This document shows, one piece after another, positions 1-11,219 of a stretch of 64,000 nucleotides of DNA (the stretch's first letter is position 1; each line of letters begins with the position of its first letter). The stretch is from Schizochytrium sp. TIO01. Its lineage: Eukaryota > Protista > Bigyra: Labyrinthulomycetes. Location: the NCBI GenBank assembly GCA_004764695.1, contig SMSO01000014.1:491648-555647 (forward strand), read 5' to 3'. The notes beneath the pieces were generated by a model. That model made no database searches and was not told the origin of the DNA. It saw nothing but the letters and a program-made list of their open reading frames with translations. Position numbers and translations under genes: made by a program.

Positions 1-1349
1 CACGAGAAAGCGAGCATATGCGCAAGCTAAATGACTTGAGGATGGAGTTCGAGGTTCGTGAAAAAGACCTCTGTACTGAAATTCAACAGGTCAAATCAGA
101 ACTTGCGAATGCTCAGAAAGCTGCCAGCGAATCTTTGATAAGGCAAGCTGAGGAACTCACTGCCACATTCGAAAAGAATCTTCAGGCTGCCTTGGCAGAT
201 GCTGTTGAACAACAATCTTCTAGCGAAGAAGTACTACGCGAAAATCATAACAAGGTGCTAGCTGAGTCTAAGAACCAGTTAGAACATAAAATCAAAACCC
301 TTTCTACAGAGCTTTCAAAGGTACACGCTGAATACGAAGAGACAATTCAAAATGTCGATTCGACATATAAGAATCAAATATCGGAACTCAAAGAGTCCCT
401 TGAGAAGACAACCCAGGCGCATCAGCAAGACCTAGAAGACCAAGCACAGAAGTTTAAGCAAGAAAAACAGCGTCAGACGGTAGCGCATGAAGCTGCCCTC
501 AAGGCTTTTTGCATGTCACATGATGTCGAAAGGCGCTTAGAAATTGAAGAACTTTGTGAAAGCCATGACGCTACCATGGATGTTTTTCGGCAGCAACATG
601 AACAAGAGCTGGACCGGCTTCATGGAGAACATGACCTGTTGAAATCGCGTCTCGGCCCTGAGCCTAATGAGGAAAATGAAAGATTCTCAACTGCACATCC
701 GGAACAAGCAACACTGGGATATGAAGATTGCAATGGAGAGTCTCGCGAAGAGTTTAGCCATGAAAAAGATGAGATCGATCAGTACGAGAAACTTTCAGAA
801 TTTGAACCAGGAGAAGCTCCACGCATGACCTCCAAGATGAGTAATAACGAGCAGGGCCATACTGGATATGCCATGGATCTCGAAGCCTACGATGATGATT
901 ACATCTTCGAAAGTAAAAGCTCAGATGCTGTGAAGGAAGTCAAAGAAAGCGATGACTCAACGTTGACTAAACGTGAGATGAAACAAACTACGAAGAAAGG
1001 CAAACACCATTTCTTAAAAACTTCGCGTAGCAAACTGTCCAGCTTTGGTGCTGGACCTGCTAAGAAGACAGCACCTCTTTCAAGTGAAGAGAGACGAAGT
1101 TCTACGCATGCTAAAAACAAATGTCATCCCGAAGGAGAATGCCACCTTGATTCTGTGGATGATGCTGTCGAGACAGAGGAAAACAATGAATCGGATGAGG
1201 ATGAAGATATTGAAGAGGATGGATCAAATAACTCATCTAAGCCTATTAGAAGACGCCGGTATAGCTTACTTCTCCAAGCTGACCTTCGTCACCACTTAGC
1301 TGCTAAGCGTCAGTACGCATTTGATATGATCATGGGTCACCGAAAATGA
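1..1349 (+). CDS. Long coiled-coil protein, 5'-truncated by the window edge
   Basis: The frame is open from position 3 through ATG18. An E/K/Q/L-rich heptad-like region is followed by an acidic/basic low-complexity tail; stop TGA at 1347-1349. Confidence 0.75.
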   Translation, partial: RESEHMRKLNDLRMEFEVREKDLCTEIQQVKSELANAQKAASESLIRQAEELTATFEKNLQAALADAVEQQSSSEEVLRENHNKVLAESKNQLEHKIKTLSTELSKVHAEYEETIQNVDSTYKNQISELKESLEKTTQAHQQDLEDQAQKFKQEKQRQTVAHEAALKAFCMSHDVERRLEIEELCESHDATMDVFRQQHEQELDRLHGEHDLLKSRLGPEPNEENERFSTAHPEQATLGYEDCNGESREEFSHEKDEIDQYEKLSEFEPGEAPRMTSKMSNNEQGHTGYAMDLEAYDDDYIFESKSSDAVKEVKESDDSTLTKREMKQTTKKGKHHFLKTSRSKLSSFGAGPAKKTAPLSSEERRSSTHAKNKCHPEGECHLDSVDDAVETEENNESDEDEDIEEDGSNNSSKPIRRRRYSLLLQADLRHHLAAKRQYAFDMIMGHRK

Positions 1350-1505
1350 AGTATTTCTCAAGAGCTAGTTATGGAAAGGAAAAGTAATTGAAAATTTGAT
1401 GTGAAACTAATTTAAAACCCAGGCCGATACACGAGACTATGTTTATGAAAATACTATTATTCTAAATTGTTGCTAAATGATTCTTATAACCGCTTTTTAT
1501 TAAAT

Positions 1506-3024
1506 CTAAGATGAGTGATGCATTGCCTTTCGATAGGCCCAAAGGCCAAGGGTACAATATAAAGCAACCCGGCCGATTTCTCGAAAACGGTTACGATGCT
1601 CGACGCCAACGATTGTGTACCATTCTCTGTTGATGGATGATTTGTCAGGATTGGGAACGATCAGTGGGCGACCAGCTGGATCTAATTTTCCATCAAGAGC
1701 CGACGGGATGACTTTATAGTCGAAACGAGAATGCTCAAATGGTCCAGTTGACCGCATATGCTCATACCGCTTCCATCCCATGATATCATGACCGGTTTCC
1801 TGGTCATCTGAGCAAATTTGATGGCATCCAGTCGATATATGCTTGCGAGGGTTGCCAAAAAGACTGATGCCAAATTGCAACACAAAATATGCTACAATGT
1901 ACCTAAAGAGAGGTTTGTCCGCAGCTGAACGGTTTACCACTGGGACATCAGGTAGGAGTGGCTTTTTTTCTAGCACGTTGGGGCCAAAAACTCCGCATGC
2001 ATATACTAGCAATAAGAAGCGGTAGGTGCGGAAGCCTGGAATACCGAGTTTGTCGAATGATGCAAGTGAGGCCATCCCCATCATCGACATGAACAGCGGC
2101 GTGCATGCAAACCCACAGAAGATAATTTTAGCGAGAGCTGGTGCTTTCAGTAAAGATGCATGAAGCTTATCGATGATTCCAATCAACTTCAAGGCGTGTG
2201 TGCGAATAGCATTATTGCTGGTTACTTCTACAATTTTGTTTAGTAGCGGAGTGAGAGCTTGCTCAAGATTCGCCACTGGATCGTTCACCCAACGACTCAA
2301 TGCGGCGTGAATTGCGCAATATGTCAGTATCCACACAGAGCTTGCCGTAGGGCAGTTCTCTTGTCGTGGTGACACACTTTGGTCACCATCATGCCACGTC
2401 CACCACAAAAACCTAGGGCCATTGACATCATAAATGTGATAGAACTACAATCGATTATACAAACACGAGCATCGCAATTGAAGAATAAGTTAGTTATCAA
2501 AGCCGAGTAAAGCTTCGGTTTTCTCGCGCCCTCTCGGTGAAGCAGCGGTGTATCTCTTTTGCAATTAGAGGATATCGCAAGGAAATCATTCAGTGGAACT
2601 GTAAACCTACGAAGTGTGCCAAAAGTCCTGTGAGTGCAGCTTCCTGCAAGTAGGGGAGTTTGAACTTGCGCGCTGCTGTAATACTCACGTAAGTGAACAC
2701 CCCATAAACCTCCATAATGTACAAGGGTAGGCGTGGCGTAATCATGACACAGGCCTGGGCTTGCCAAAAAGTATCTACAAACGGCAAGAACATGAAAAGA
2801 GTGTCGTTCGCCGTACCGCACATCCATGAGTAAAACCAGAGCTGGAGATTATTCGTTTTCTTCGCATGCACCAACGTTGCCAGTGACATGGCACGGTACA
2901 TCCATTCGCATAGAACAAACGTTGGCAAGACCCGAGATTGCTCCAGTGGGCTTTTCCACACTCGCCAGGGCATGCGCTGCCAATCTTCGTTGCCAACGCC
3001 TAGTTTGGACAAAATAGCGCCCAT
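1506..3024 (-). CDS. Two-exon conserved multi-pass membrane protein of unknown function; intron 2445..2610
   Basis: The ORFs 2590..3039 and 1506..2408 join in frame through a GTAGGT...ACTAAC...TTGTAG intron, giving LLAHF|FYHIYDVNGPRFLWWTWHDGD. The WWTWHD.D and FWQAQ..MITPRLPLYI motifs resemble an uncharacterised eukaryotic membrane family. It starts MGAILSK (possible N-myristoylation). Confidence 0.75.
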
Positions 3025-3664
3025 CCTGACACGACACAAAATACTACAATGTCCTTTCCTAGGGTATCAGATGAAGTTCTAAAAGCGCGCACGGCTGCTC
3101 GATCCAAGGATCTCAAGGATGTTAGCTTCTACTAACTTACGTTTTGAGTGCTTTTAGATGATGCCAGGATCAGCGGGTCCTCTTTTACTTGCAAACTAGA
3201 GGGGTATTTTGGGCAATTACGAGGTTTAGAACATTAAGAGTATTTCACAACACTACAGTTCGGCCTCATCATATCTCCGAGAGACTCGTAGTATAACCCA
3301 CTTAATTAGTCTAAACTAACCTACTTCCTAGGTTAGCAGGTAGTACGTATGTAGTAGTAGTATATCTATATTCTAAAATTGCGAATGAAATGAACTTTAG
3401 AAGGGTAGTGAAAGTTGAGAACAAGTGAGAAAATATAGGCATTACACTATGAATACCAAAAAAAAAGGACATCTTTGACAGAAAAACCAGGGCTATCTTG
3501 TGGAGTGCGATGCTCTGGTTGGGGCTTGCTTTGCTGGCGATTGACAAAACGGCGCAAGATACAAGAGACAGGACATATTTTTGAGACATGAGAGAATAAA
3601 ACATCAACTAGCACTAATAATACACCGAGAGACATATATCCGCAGCAGACACAGGGAGGTCCAA

Positions 3665-4585
3665 TCACGATGTAGCGTTGGTGGCTAAATCTATGACATC
3701 CTTTGACTTCAGCTTGACTCCAGAGAAGGGACAAATCATCTCAGGTTTGACAAGTTCATCATAGACAGACTTCAGAATTACCTTACGTGAAGGTTTGATT
3801 AGTACGGCGGGGTGAATGGAAATTCGTTTATGAGTGAGGGAGCAAAGAGCCTGTCCAGAATCCTTGTCATCCACCTCAACATCAAAGGGCACAAGGTCCT
3901 TGGAGCGCAGAGGCTGGCCTGTAATTGGGCTCGGTGGTCTCTTAGGTGGCTCCTTGAGTTCATTTGCCTCAGCTTCTGGAGCAAATTGCGCGAGCCACGG
4001 ACTGGACTTGCTGAGTTCCACTAATTTCTGCTGCTTGCTACGGAGATCAACCTTTTTACGCTTGTGTGAGACGTCCTGTGCATCTACAAGCTCCCTTCTC
4101 CGCTTTTCCATTTTACCACCCTGGTCAAGAGGTTCAAAAGACTCTTGATCTTTTCCGTCTGGTTTTTCCATGTCATCTCCATTTGCAGCTGTTTCTGCAG
4201 ATCCAAGTCTTGCAACGCCGGCCTTGCCTTCGATCATCTCACGAGCTTCTTCTTCGAGCTGACGAGCCTTTTGACGTGCCTCCAGCGTCTCCTGAATTCG
4301 AGCATTCTCTTGCTGTTCGTCAAAGGCCGCCTGGAGGGTCTTGATTTCCTGTTTTTTGGTCAAGATGTGCTGTAAAATACTCTCGCGGCTGTACCAATGT
4401 CCAGAAGGTGAAGCCACCGCATTCCTTAAAGGCGCCAAGCTTAGCCAGCAGGTCCCGAAGGCTACCGAGGCCTCCTTGGATCTTTTCGTGCGCGCATTTT
4501 GCGCCTGCGAGCGTCGCGACGACCCAGATTCCAGGTCCGCCCGATCCAAGAAACCCCTTGACGCTGCGGGTTTGTTCTTCGGCAT
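3665..4585 (-). CDS. NOSIP: Nitric oxide synthase-interacting protein homologue (split U-box/RING-like)
   Basis: N-terminal FGTCWLSLAPLRNAVASPSGHWYSRESILQHILTKK and C-terminal SPITGQPLRSKDL...CSLT...LVKPEMICPFSGVKLKSKDVIDL. The start is probably MPKNK at 4585; the ORF extends to 4696. Confidence 0.85.
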   Translation of the reverse strand: MPKNKPAASRGFLDRADLESGSSRRSQAQNARTKRSKEASVAFGTCWLSLAPLRNAVASPSGHWYSRESILQHILTKKQEIKTLQAAFDEQQENARIQETLEARQKARQLEEEAREMIEGKAGVARLGSAETAANGDDMEKPDGKDQESFEPLDQGGKMEKRRRELVDAQDVSHKRKKVDLRSKQQKLVELSKSSPWLAQFAPEAEANELKEPPKRPPSPITGQPLRSKDLVPFDVEVDDKDSGQALCSLTHKRISIHPAVLIKPSRKVILKSVYDELVKPEMICPFSGVKLKSKDVIDLATNATS

Positions 4586-5247
4586 CCTACCTCTCCTGGT
4601 CGATAGCGATTCTCGCAACTCAATCGCAGTTGGTTTGATTGCGATTTCCGCTCTTGACGCCTCAAAATCGCCAAACCTTCGGATAATCTTTCGCATTTAC
4701 GGAGAAACAATTTGTATCACATGTTCCCACAGTACCCCCTCGAACCTATGCATAGTCGTATAGTAAAGGTGTATAGTGTATCTCAGGGGGAGACCCCTCC
4801 AAGTCACTTTCCCCGAAAACCAAGTACCTCGAACAAAACAAACAACCTCATCGCCAGAACTTTTAGGTACAGATGACGTACAAACTCCAAGATAGACGGA
4901 CGCACTGTCACGACTACTCAGAGACAACCCCTCAAAAGCTTTGAGCTTGGATAAAACCTCAAGCCAAAGCAAAACCCCCACTACGACAGGCAGAGACAGG
5001 CATACATCCAGCTAGTTCCGTACCCTCGTAACTCGATAGATGCAGAGCTGTTCGTTCGTCCAAAGCTTTCAAGATGGCGAAGGAAGGCTCTTACCCAAAC
5101 CCAAAAGAGTCTTTTCCTGAGACGAGAAGGTATATGTATGTATGTATGTATGAATGAATGAATATATAGATGCACCTGTGCACTAGGCGCCTAGCTGCCT
5201 GGAGATATAATAACTCTTGACTTCATTCCCCTATTCTATGCCCTCAG

Positions 5248-5290
5248 TCCACTCCATTCCACTCCATTCCATTCCATTCCTTCCCATTCC
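5248..5290. repeat. (CCAYT)n pentanucleotide microsatellite
   Basis: ccactccattccactccattccattccattcc visible directly. Confidence 0.8.
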
Positions 5291-5772
5291 TTCGTGATCG
5301 ATAGGATATATGTGCCCACAATATTTTAGCAGATACGTAAACACGAATCGATGCAGGTCTTCACTTTGATTTCCACAACGACGACGTAAACACAATTCGA
5401 TGAGGTCTTCAATGTTGTCCACAACAACGACGGTCTTTGGTCCTTCCTAGGAGCGTAAGTAAGCGCGTAAGTAAGAATGTGCATACCTGCGAACATCAGA
5501 CCACGGCGAGATCAATCTTGAAAAGGCGCAGCGCTGCTTCAGGGCAATGTGAGAGACAACAAAGCAAAGCATCGGTAGGTTCGGAGCTCCGTGTCGGAGT
5601 CGGCGCCCGTCGAGGTCCTCGGCAGGATATGCGTAGTTGAAGTCTTGGTCACATCAAGTGCCACTGCTCGTGTCCCGAGTTCATTCGGCTTTTGAGGAGA
5701 ATGGAAGTCCTTCGAGTCCTTCCTTCCTTTCCCTCTTCCATTCGTAACACTAATTTACTCCAAGTTATTAAA

Positions 5773-5785
5773 ATAGATAGATAAG

Positions 5786-5816
<31 letters not shown>

Positions 5817-5830
5817 GCAGATAAATAGAT
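5773..5830. repeat. (GATA)n microsatellite
   Basis: Run of atag/gata units. Confidence 0.9.
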
Positions 5831-6590
5831 ACGCCCTCAGCACTTTTAAGCACTAAAAAGAAAGATTTTCGTTGATAACTTCGATAGAACAAAAGTTTAT
5901 TCTCTCATTAGCTGCTACTTTTGAGTCAACTTTCTTCGCTTATGATGGTTACTGATCTCCTTAGTTTTGGATAGATTGGCGAAGTAGTCGAAGTTCTTTC
6001 TAGCTATCCAGGTGGTTGATGGATCTTCAAACTCGTTTCTTCTACGTGGACTTGGACAACTCCGCCTGTGAGGGAGACCTCAACGCAGGGCAGCTCTTGG
6101 ACTGCTCTCGTAAGCTGTGGAGGCAGACACTCACTCGACGCAAGAGTTTCCTCGTTGGAAGGTTTCCGCGTAGGTGGACTGGTTGGTGAAAGAGAATCGG
6201 GACGCGATTGTTTACCTTGACACGGGCCTTGCAAGAAAAGGTCAGACTCTGCGAAGAGGACTGCGTAACGAACTTCGTGCTAGATACTAAGCCGGGTTGC
6301 TACCATCTGTGGCAGTACCAAATCAAATCACAAGTCTCTCCAGTGCTGTGTTTTGTTTTTGTTTTCACTCCAAGGCTTAAGATTGACAACCAGCGTGCAA
6401 TTGCTTCCGAGCGCGAACGAATCGAATTCTGCATTTGCCTTTCTTTATATTTGTCCTTTTTGTGGTGCTACTGGCTGCTAGATCTTTGGGTTAATCTTGG
6501 GGCTTTTAAGGCACGATTCCTGCTCCTACTAACAGCTCGCTAAAGGACGACAGCGCTGCTCCGTGGTTTTGCTGTGCAGTCCCAGAATCC

Positions 6591-7556
6591 ATGCCGCACC
6601 AAAAAGACCTACTCAGCCGCCATGGTACCCTCAGTGATGATGATACACTTGACGCAGTAGCTGTGGACACAATTCAAGTGCTCAAGCACTGCGCAACGGA
6701 TAACACCAAGGACTATTTTGGTGCAACCGGCAAGCTCCCGCCCAAGTCGGCGCAAATTGTGGAGCCCCACTATGTTCCCTACCACACATTTCGTGACGAT
6801 AAGGATGACACAGACTGGATTGGCCTAAAGATGAGCACAAATGCTCTCAAGGGCAGACCGGACCCTGTGTTACTGAGTCCTGGAGAATACAAACTGGAGC
6901 TCAAGCTACCCAAAGCATTAAACCGTAACGTCGCTTATGACACTGCAGGTGCTATAATTGGCAGCATCTCAACCCTCACGGCAGCGGACGAAGATGCAGC
7001 AAATGAAGCATATATGCGCGGCTTACCAACCGCATACGTGGATGTCCAGATAATCGTGCGGACAAAAAAATACTCTCTACTTTCAACACGTGGCATGTTG
7101 GACCTCGGGGTTCACTCACATTTTGTTCGCACATGGGCTGTGCAACCACATGAGGGAAATGTTGAGCTCGAGCTCAAAATGCATAGTCACTCCGTACTGA
7201 AACGCCTGAAGGTTGAGGCAGTTCTTTATCGTCGCGACTTTCGCCAAGAGGAAGAAAATGCCGCGGAAGCCCGGCGGAAGATGCAAGCTGAGCGCGGTAA
7301 GGCTATTTTGCAAAAGGCGCTGTCTGTTCCAAAGACCAAGGGAAGACGCCGCCTTGATCCTGATGTAAAGATTCAAGATGTTGTATACACCTTCTACCAC
7401 CATGTTGCTCCTGAACGGTTGCCGAACCTCGACTTTGTATTCCAACATTTTGCTGAAAGAGACGACGATCTCATCAATACGTTAGAGGCAAAGTATCACG
7501 TTCGCTTCGACAACCGCGGCAATTTCGTACTTGCAGATGATCATCCGCCGTATTAG
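6591..7556 (+). CDS. Hypothetical protein with a C-terminal FY....PE.L..(L/V)......L...LE.KY helical motif
   Basis: 321-aa ORF, preceded by a branch point/acceptor (TACTAAC...GTGCAG at about 6527-6579) that suggests a 5'UTR intron. The C-terminal motif type is one I recall from stramenopile proteins. Confidence 0.65.
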   Translation: MPHQKDLLSRHGTLSDDDTLDAVAVDTIQVLKHCATDNTKDYFGATGKLPPKSAQIVEPHYVPYHTFRDDKDDTDWIGLKMSTNALKGRPDPVLLSPGEYKLELKLPKALNRNVAYDTAGAIIGSISTLTAADEDAANEAYMRGLPTAYVDVQIIVRTKKYSLLSTRGMLDLGVHSHFVRTWAVQPHEGNVELELKMHSHSVLKRLKVEAVLYRRDFRQEEENAAEARRKMQAERGKAILQKALSVPKTKGRRRLDPDVKIQDVVYTFYHHVAPERLPNLDFVFQHFAERDDDLINTLEAKYHVRFDNRGNFVLADDHPPY

Positions 7557-7998
7557 GTCAATGTTGTTAACAAACTTTAAGTAATAATACAAAGGCTTCT
7601 GGCTCAAAGCCACTCTTTTCTCCTTTTAAAAACTCTGATGATCGAAAGTTTCTTCATTAAGCAGCTGACTTCATGCAGTCTAAGTAAATTGTCCCTTGGT
7701 TACTTCACATTTCTTGCTTGACACAAGGATTTTGAAAGCATGTCGCTCGGACAATATATTTTCAAGTAACCATGTCTCGCAAGAGAAGAGCCTATTTGGA
7801 TTGAAAGTTGAATTGAAGAATTATTACTCTTAACTTTGGACATTCCTCTGTTTTGGAAAGAGATGACATTCTTTGTACATCACCATTGGTTCAAATCCTC
7901 GTATAAAAAGAACTGATTGCGACGCTATGATATCAGATATCATACTTTTGTTCATCAACGCTGGTCTCGCGCATGTGTATATTTTTCACCTTTTGTGC

Positions 7999-9556
7999 CT
8001 AAGTTGCAGCATCTAGCTGATGGAGTAGTTTCGAAAGAACCGCCCGGGTTCCATCATAGCGGGTGGCAAATATGTTCTCATTGACAGAGTCAAGAACCAA
8101 AACTTGTTCACTGGCTTCTGCATTTTCACTATCATCAGGCATTTGCATGAAACCCAGAGTCTCAAGTACTCGCACTGGTGCACCTGACGCAAAGGTCACA
8201 AACATGTTCTTAATAGCAGGGTTATTGAGCCGCAGCTTGCGGAACTTCATCTCATCTGGGTTATTCTTCACATTATCCATAACTTTGATGAGGTTTTTCA
8301 GGGTTTTGAGGCTTCCTGTGCGGTCTAGGACTGCCGCACTCTCGAGCTCGCCCATCGCATCGGTTAGAGAAAGGACGGCTTCCTCACTCGATGACATGGA
8401 CGCAATGGGGGCTGGCTCGGGAGGTGAAATATCATTATCGCCTGAAGCATTATCGGTGGACGCTAGCAACGCATCTCGTAATGTAACTGCAGCCTCGTAC
8501 TTATGCATTAGCTCAGGGTCAACGTCTTCGCTATCAATAACTCCTGAGGAGACTGCACGATTGGCTGCCTCGATCGCAGAATTTAGTTTGCTCAAATTAG
8601 CCATTTCAGCAGCATTGTCAAGGTCCACACTAAGCTGCTGCATCATCTCTACAATAGCTGCCGCTTGTTCATCAGCTTGAGTGTGAGGCACTCTCGCTCT
8701 GTCGGATGCCGCTGACGAAGAGGAGGAAGATGAAGTTATGTGTTGTACCCCATCCTCGGGAGCCTCCATCCCAACGAGATTTATGGCAGCACGGCCTGCA
8801 GCTGCACTGTGCGAGGATGATTCATACGGATTGAAGCCGCTTTGCTCTAATGCACGTGCATGTTTTTCATACTGAGCGCTAATTTTGCCATCTTTATCGA
8901 GATCTTTAAGGCTTTCCTTTTCAGAATTCGCTGCGGTACCACCTCCTACGCTCTCGCCGTCCGTAAGTGTAGAGCTATCCCGCATCTGTTGATTTTCCTG
9001 AGCTCGCTTCTGACGTTGACGATTCAGTCTTTCATCCCATTCACGATTCCGCCGCGCAGCTGCTTCTTCTTGGCGAGCACGTTGCGCAGCGAGTTCTTCA
9101 GTAGACTTTGCCTTAGGCGCAGAAGCCTTTGTCTTGCCAAACCCTAGACCGCTTCTGCCGGTTTTCCCCGTTTTAGTACTTGGAGCTCTTGCTTGCGACG
9201 CTGGAGGTGGCCCATTCGAATCCCTGAGTGAATGGCCTTCACCTTGGAAAGATTTGTTGGTGTTTCCCTGTTGAAGTAGATATGTGCACGCAAGAAGTCG
9301 ATTGCAAAATATGAAAACATAACCTCCAAAGATGCAGGGTTAAAACGAATGGGTGGAATGGCGAGAAACAGTGTCATGAGTGTCACAGGAGAAGACGACG
9401 ACAGAGTTGCGATATATAGTTCACGTGGAGTGTGGTCATCGTGAGTCCATCTTGATAACTATTGTTCAGCTATCCTTTCTTCTTCATACGGGCAGAAGTT
9501 AGGAAGACAAACTTTGTGAAGGGTCTTGGTCCTTCTCGCGCATACTAACTTACCAT
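7999..9556 (-). CDS. PUB-domain p97/Cdc48 cofactor with SHP box and VIM; exon 1 codes only ATG, intron 9268..9553
   Basis: C-terminal PUB domain (SLKTLKNLIKVMDNVKNNPDEMKFRKLRLNNPAIK...LETLGF). The frame stays open upstream of M8985 to a CAG acceptor at 9268. ATG|GTAAGT at 9556-9548 gives MGNTNKSFQGEGHSL...RARQEEAAARR. Confidence 0.75.
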
Positions 9557-11219
9557 CGTCCCAGAACTGAGCGCTCTTCAGAATAAATCGCCTGCGAATG
9601 ATCTTTTCGAGTCTGTCTTCTTCATTACATTATGCTGCGTAACAATGCTGGTGTTCCTAAGCCTTTTAGCTAGAGAGACACTTACCTACGCCTCCATTTT
9701 CTCTTTCCTATTCTTTTAGTAGTATGTGCGATAGGTATTCCTAGCTTACTAGTACTGTTCTTCTATTTCGCGCTTATTGTGCTGGAACTCCTCAGCATAC
9801 CTTGAAAGTTGGTTTGCATCGTACTTGTATAGTGGACATTTCTTGAAACCAATTTAACTATGTTTTTTGTAGTCTGGAGGACATCACTTGTTAAGTCTGA
9901 CTTCAAGATGATAGAAGTAGTTGAATTAGGTCTTGTTACCCTTGGCAAAGATACTCCTATGAGCGAACCTTGAGTACGTAAGTTCTAGTATTTTGACAAG
10001 AGTAGCATCTGATGCAGCTCAATGGCAGGATTTTCTTGTCAGTGTTATAGTGAAGGGTTTACATGACTTGTACGTAAATGCATACCAGAGCCCAAAGGCA
10101 GGGGTGCCAAGCAATAACTCTTTAGTTAGTGCCAACATGTTAAGATTTCAGCTGCACGCTTCCATGTAAATGGAATAAGACAGTCCAAACTCCACTTTGC
10201 CAGATACGCCTACAGCTGCTTTTAAGGTTGAAAGGCTAAGAGCAAGACTTGCGTATTTCGATTTTCGGACTTGATTTAAACGAGGCTAATACTTCTTGTG
10301 TTGTTATGGAAACATCGAATACTGGTGTTGCAATCGGGGTTGTACTTGGGATTTTACTGGTGAATGCAGGTGCCTATCTGTACTGAGGGAGCAACATCAA
10401 GTCGCAAGCAAATGGTTTACCAACGCGAAATATTTCCACGATGCACATTGGAGACGCGACGGGGGCTCCCAATTTGCAGGACAGTAGAAATCCTATTGCA
10501 AAAGATACGGCTGAGGACAAGGTATAAATCGTCAATATGTGTTTGTTGCGTGTGCTAAGTACACAATCCTTCAGTTGAATTGGAGAAGATGACGAAGGAA
10601 TCCTTCGTTTCAGCATTTTAACTACTTTGGCCTCATATTTGAAGTCAAGCTGCTTTGAAAAATGCTGTTCATGTTTGCTTGGCTGTAACTTGTCAAAATC
10701 TACTCATCTTCCTTGGAGTGTCAAGCGAGCTCTGCTGCGAATCATATCATCGTAGAAGAAAGCATTTCTCAGATTATGAAGTTATGTCTTACCTGGGCAG
10801 CCCATGGTCTTGTGTCGAATTTGTCAGTGTTGCTTCTACGAAGCGCAGCCATTTGTAACGGGTGTTACATGGAATACTTTTGTAATCTCAAAAGAAAAAG
10901 TTAATTTAGTTACTAGGTACTTCTAGGCCACCAGTAAACTTTAAAAAAAAATGTCTCAAATCATCATTGTCAATTTTAGAAATAATGTTGCATGCAGCCA
11001 CAGTGTCCAAATCAAGCATGTCAGCTCAAATTTGTTCGAGTGGATTAGTCTTCCAGACCGTAGAACAATCGAGCTTGATCTCAATTTTCAAGAATCGTAT
11101 CGCAGTGGTAAGTTTGAAAAGCAACATCTTTTGTTCGACTTTCCGAATAAAAGATAGAAAAGAAAAAAGAGATCCAAGCCGCAAATTCAAAATCGATCGC
11201 CTCTGGCACCCTTCACGGC

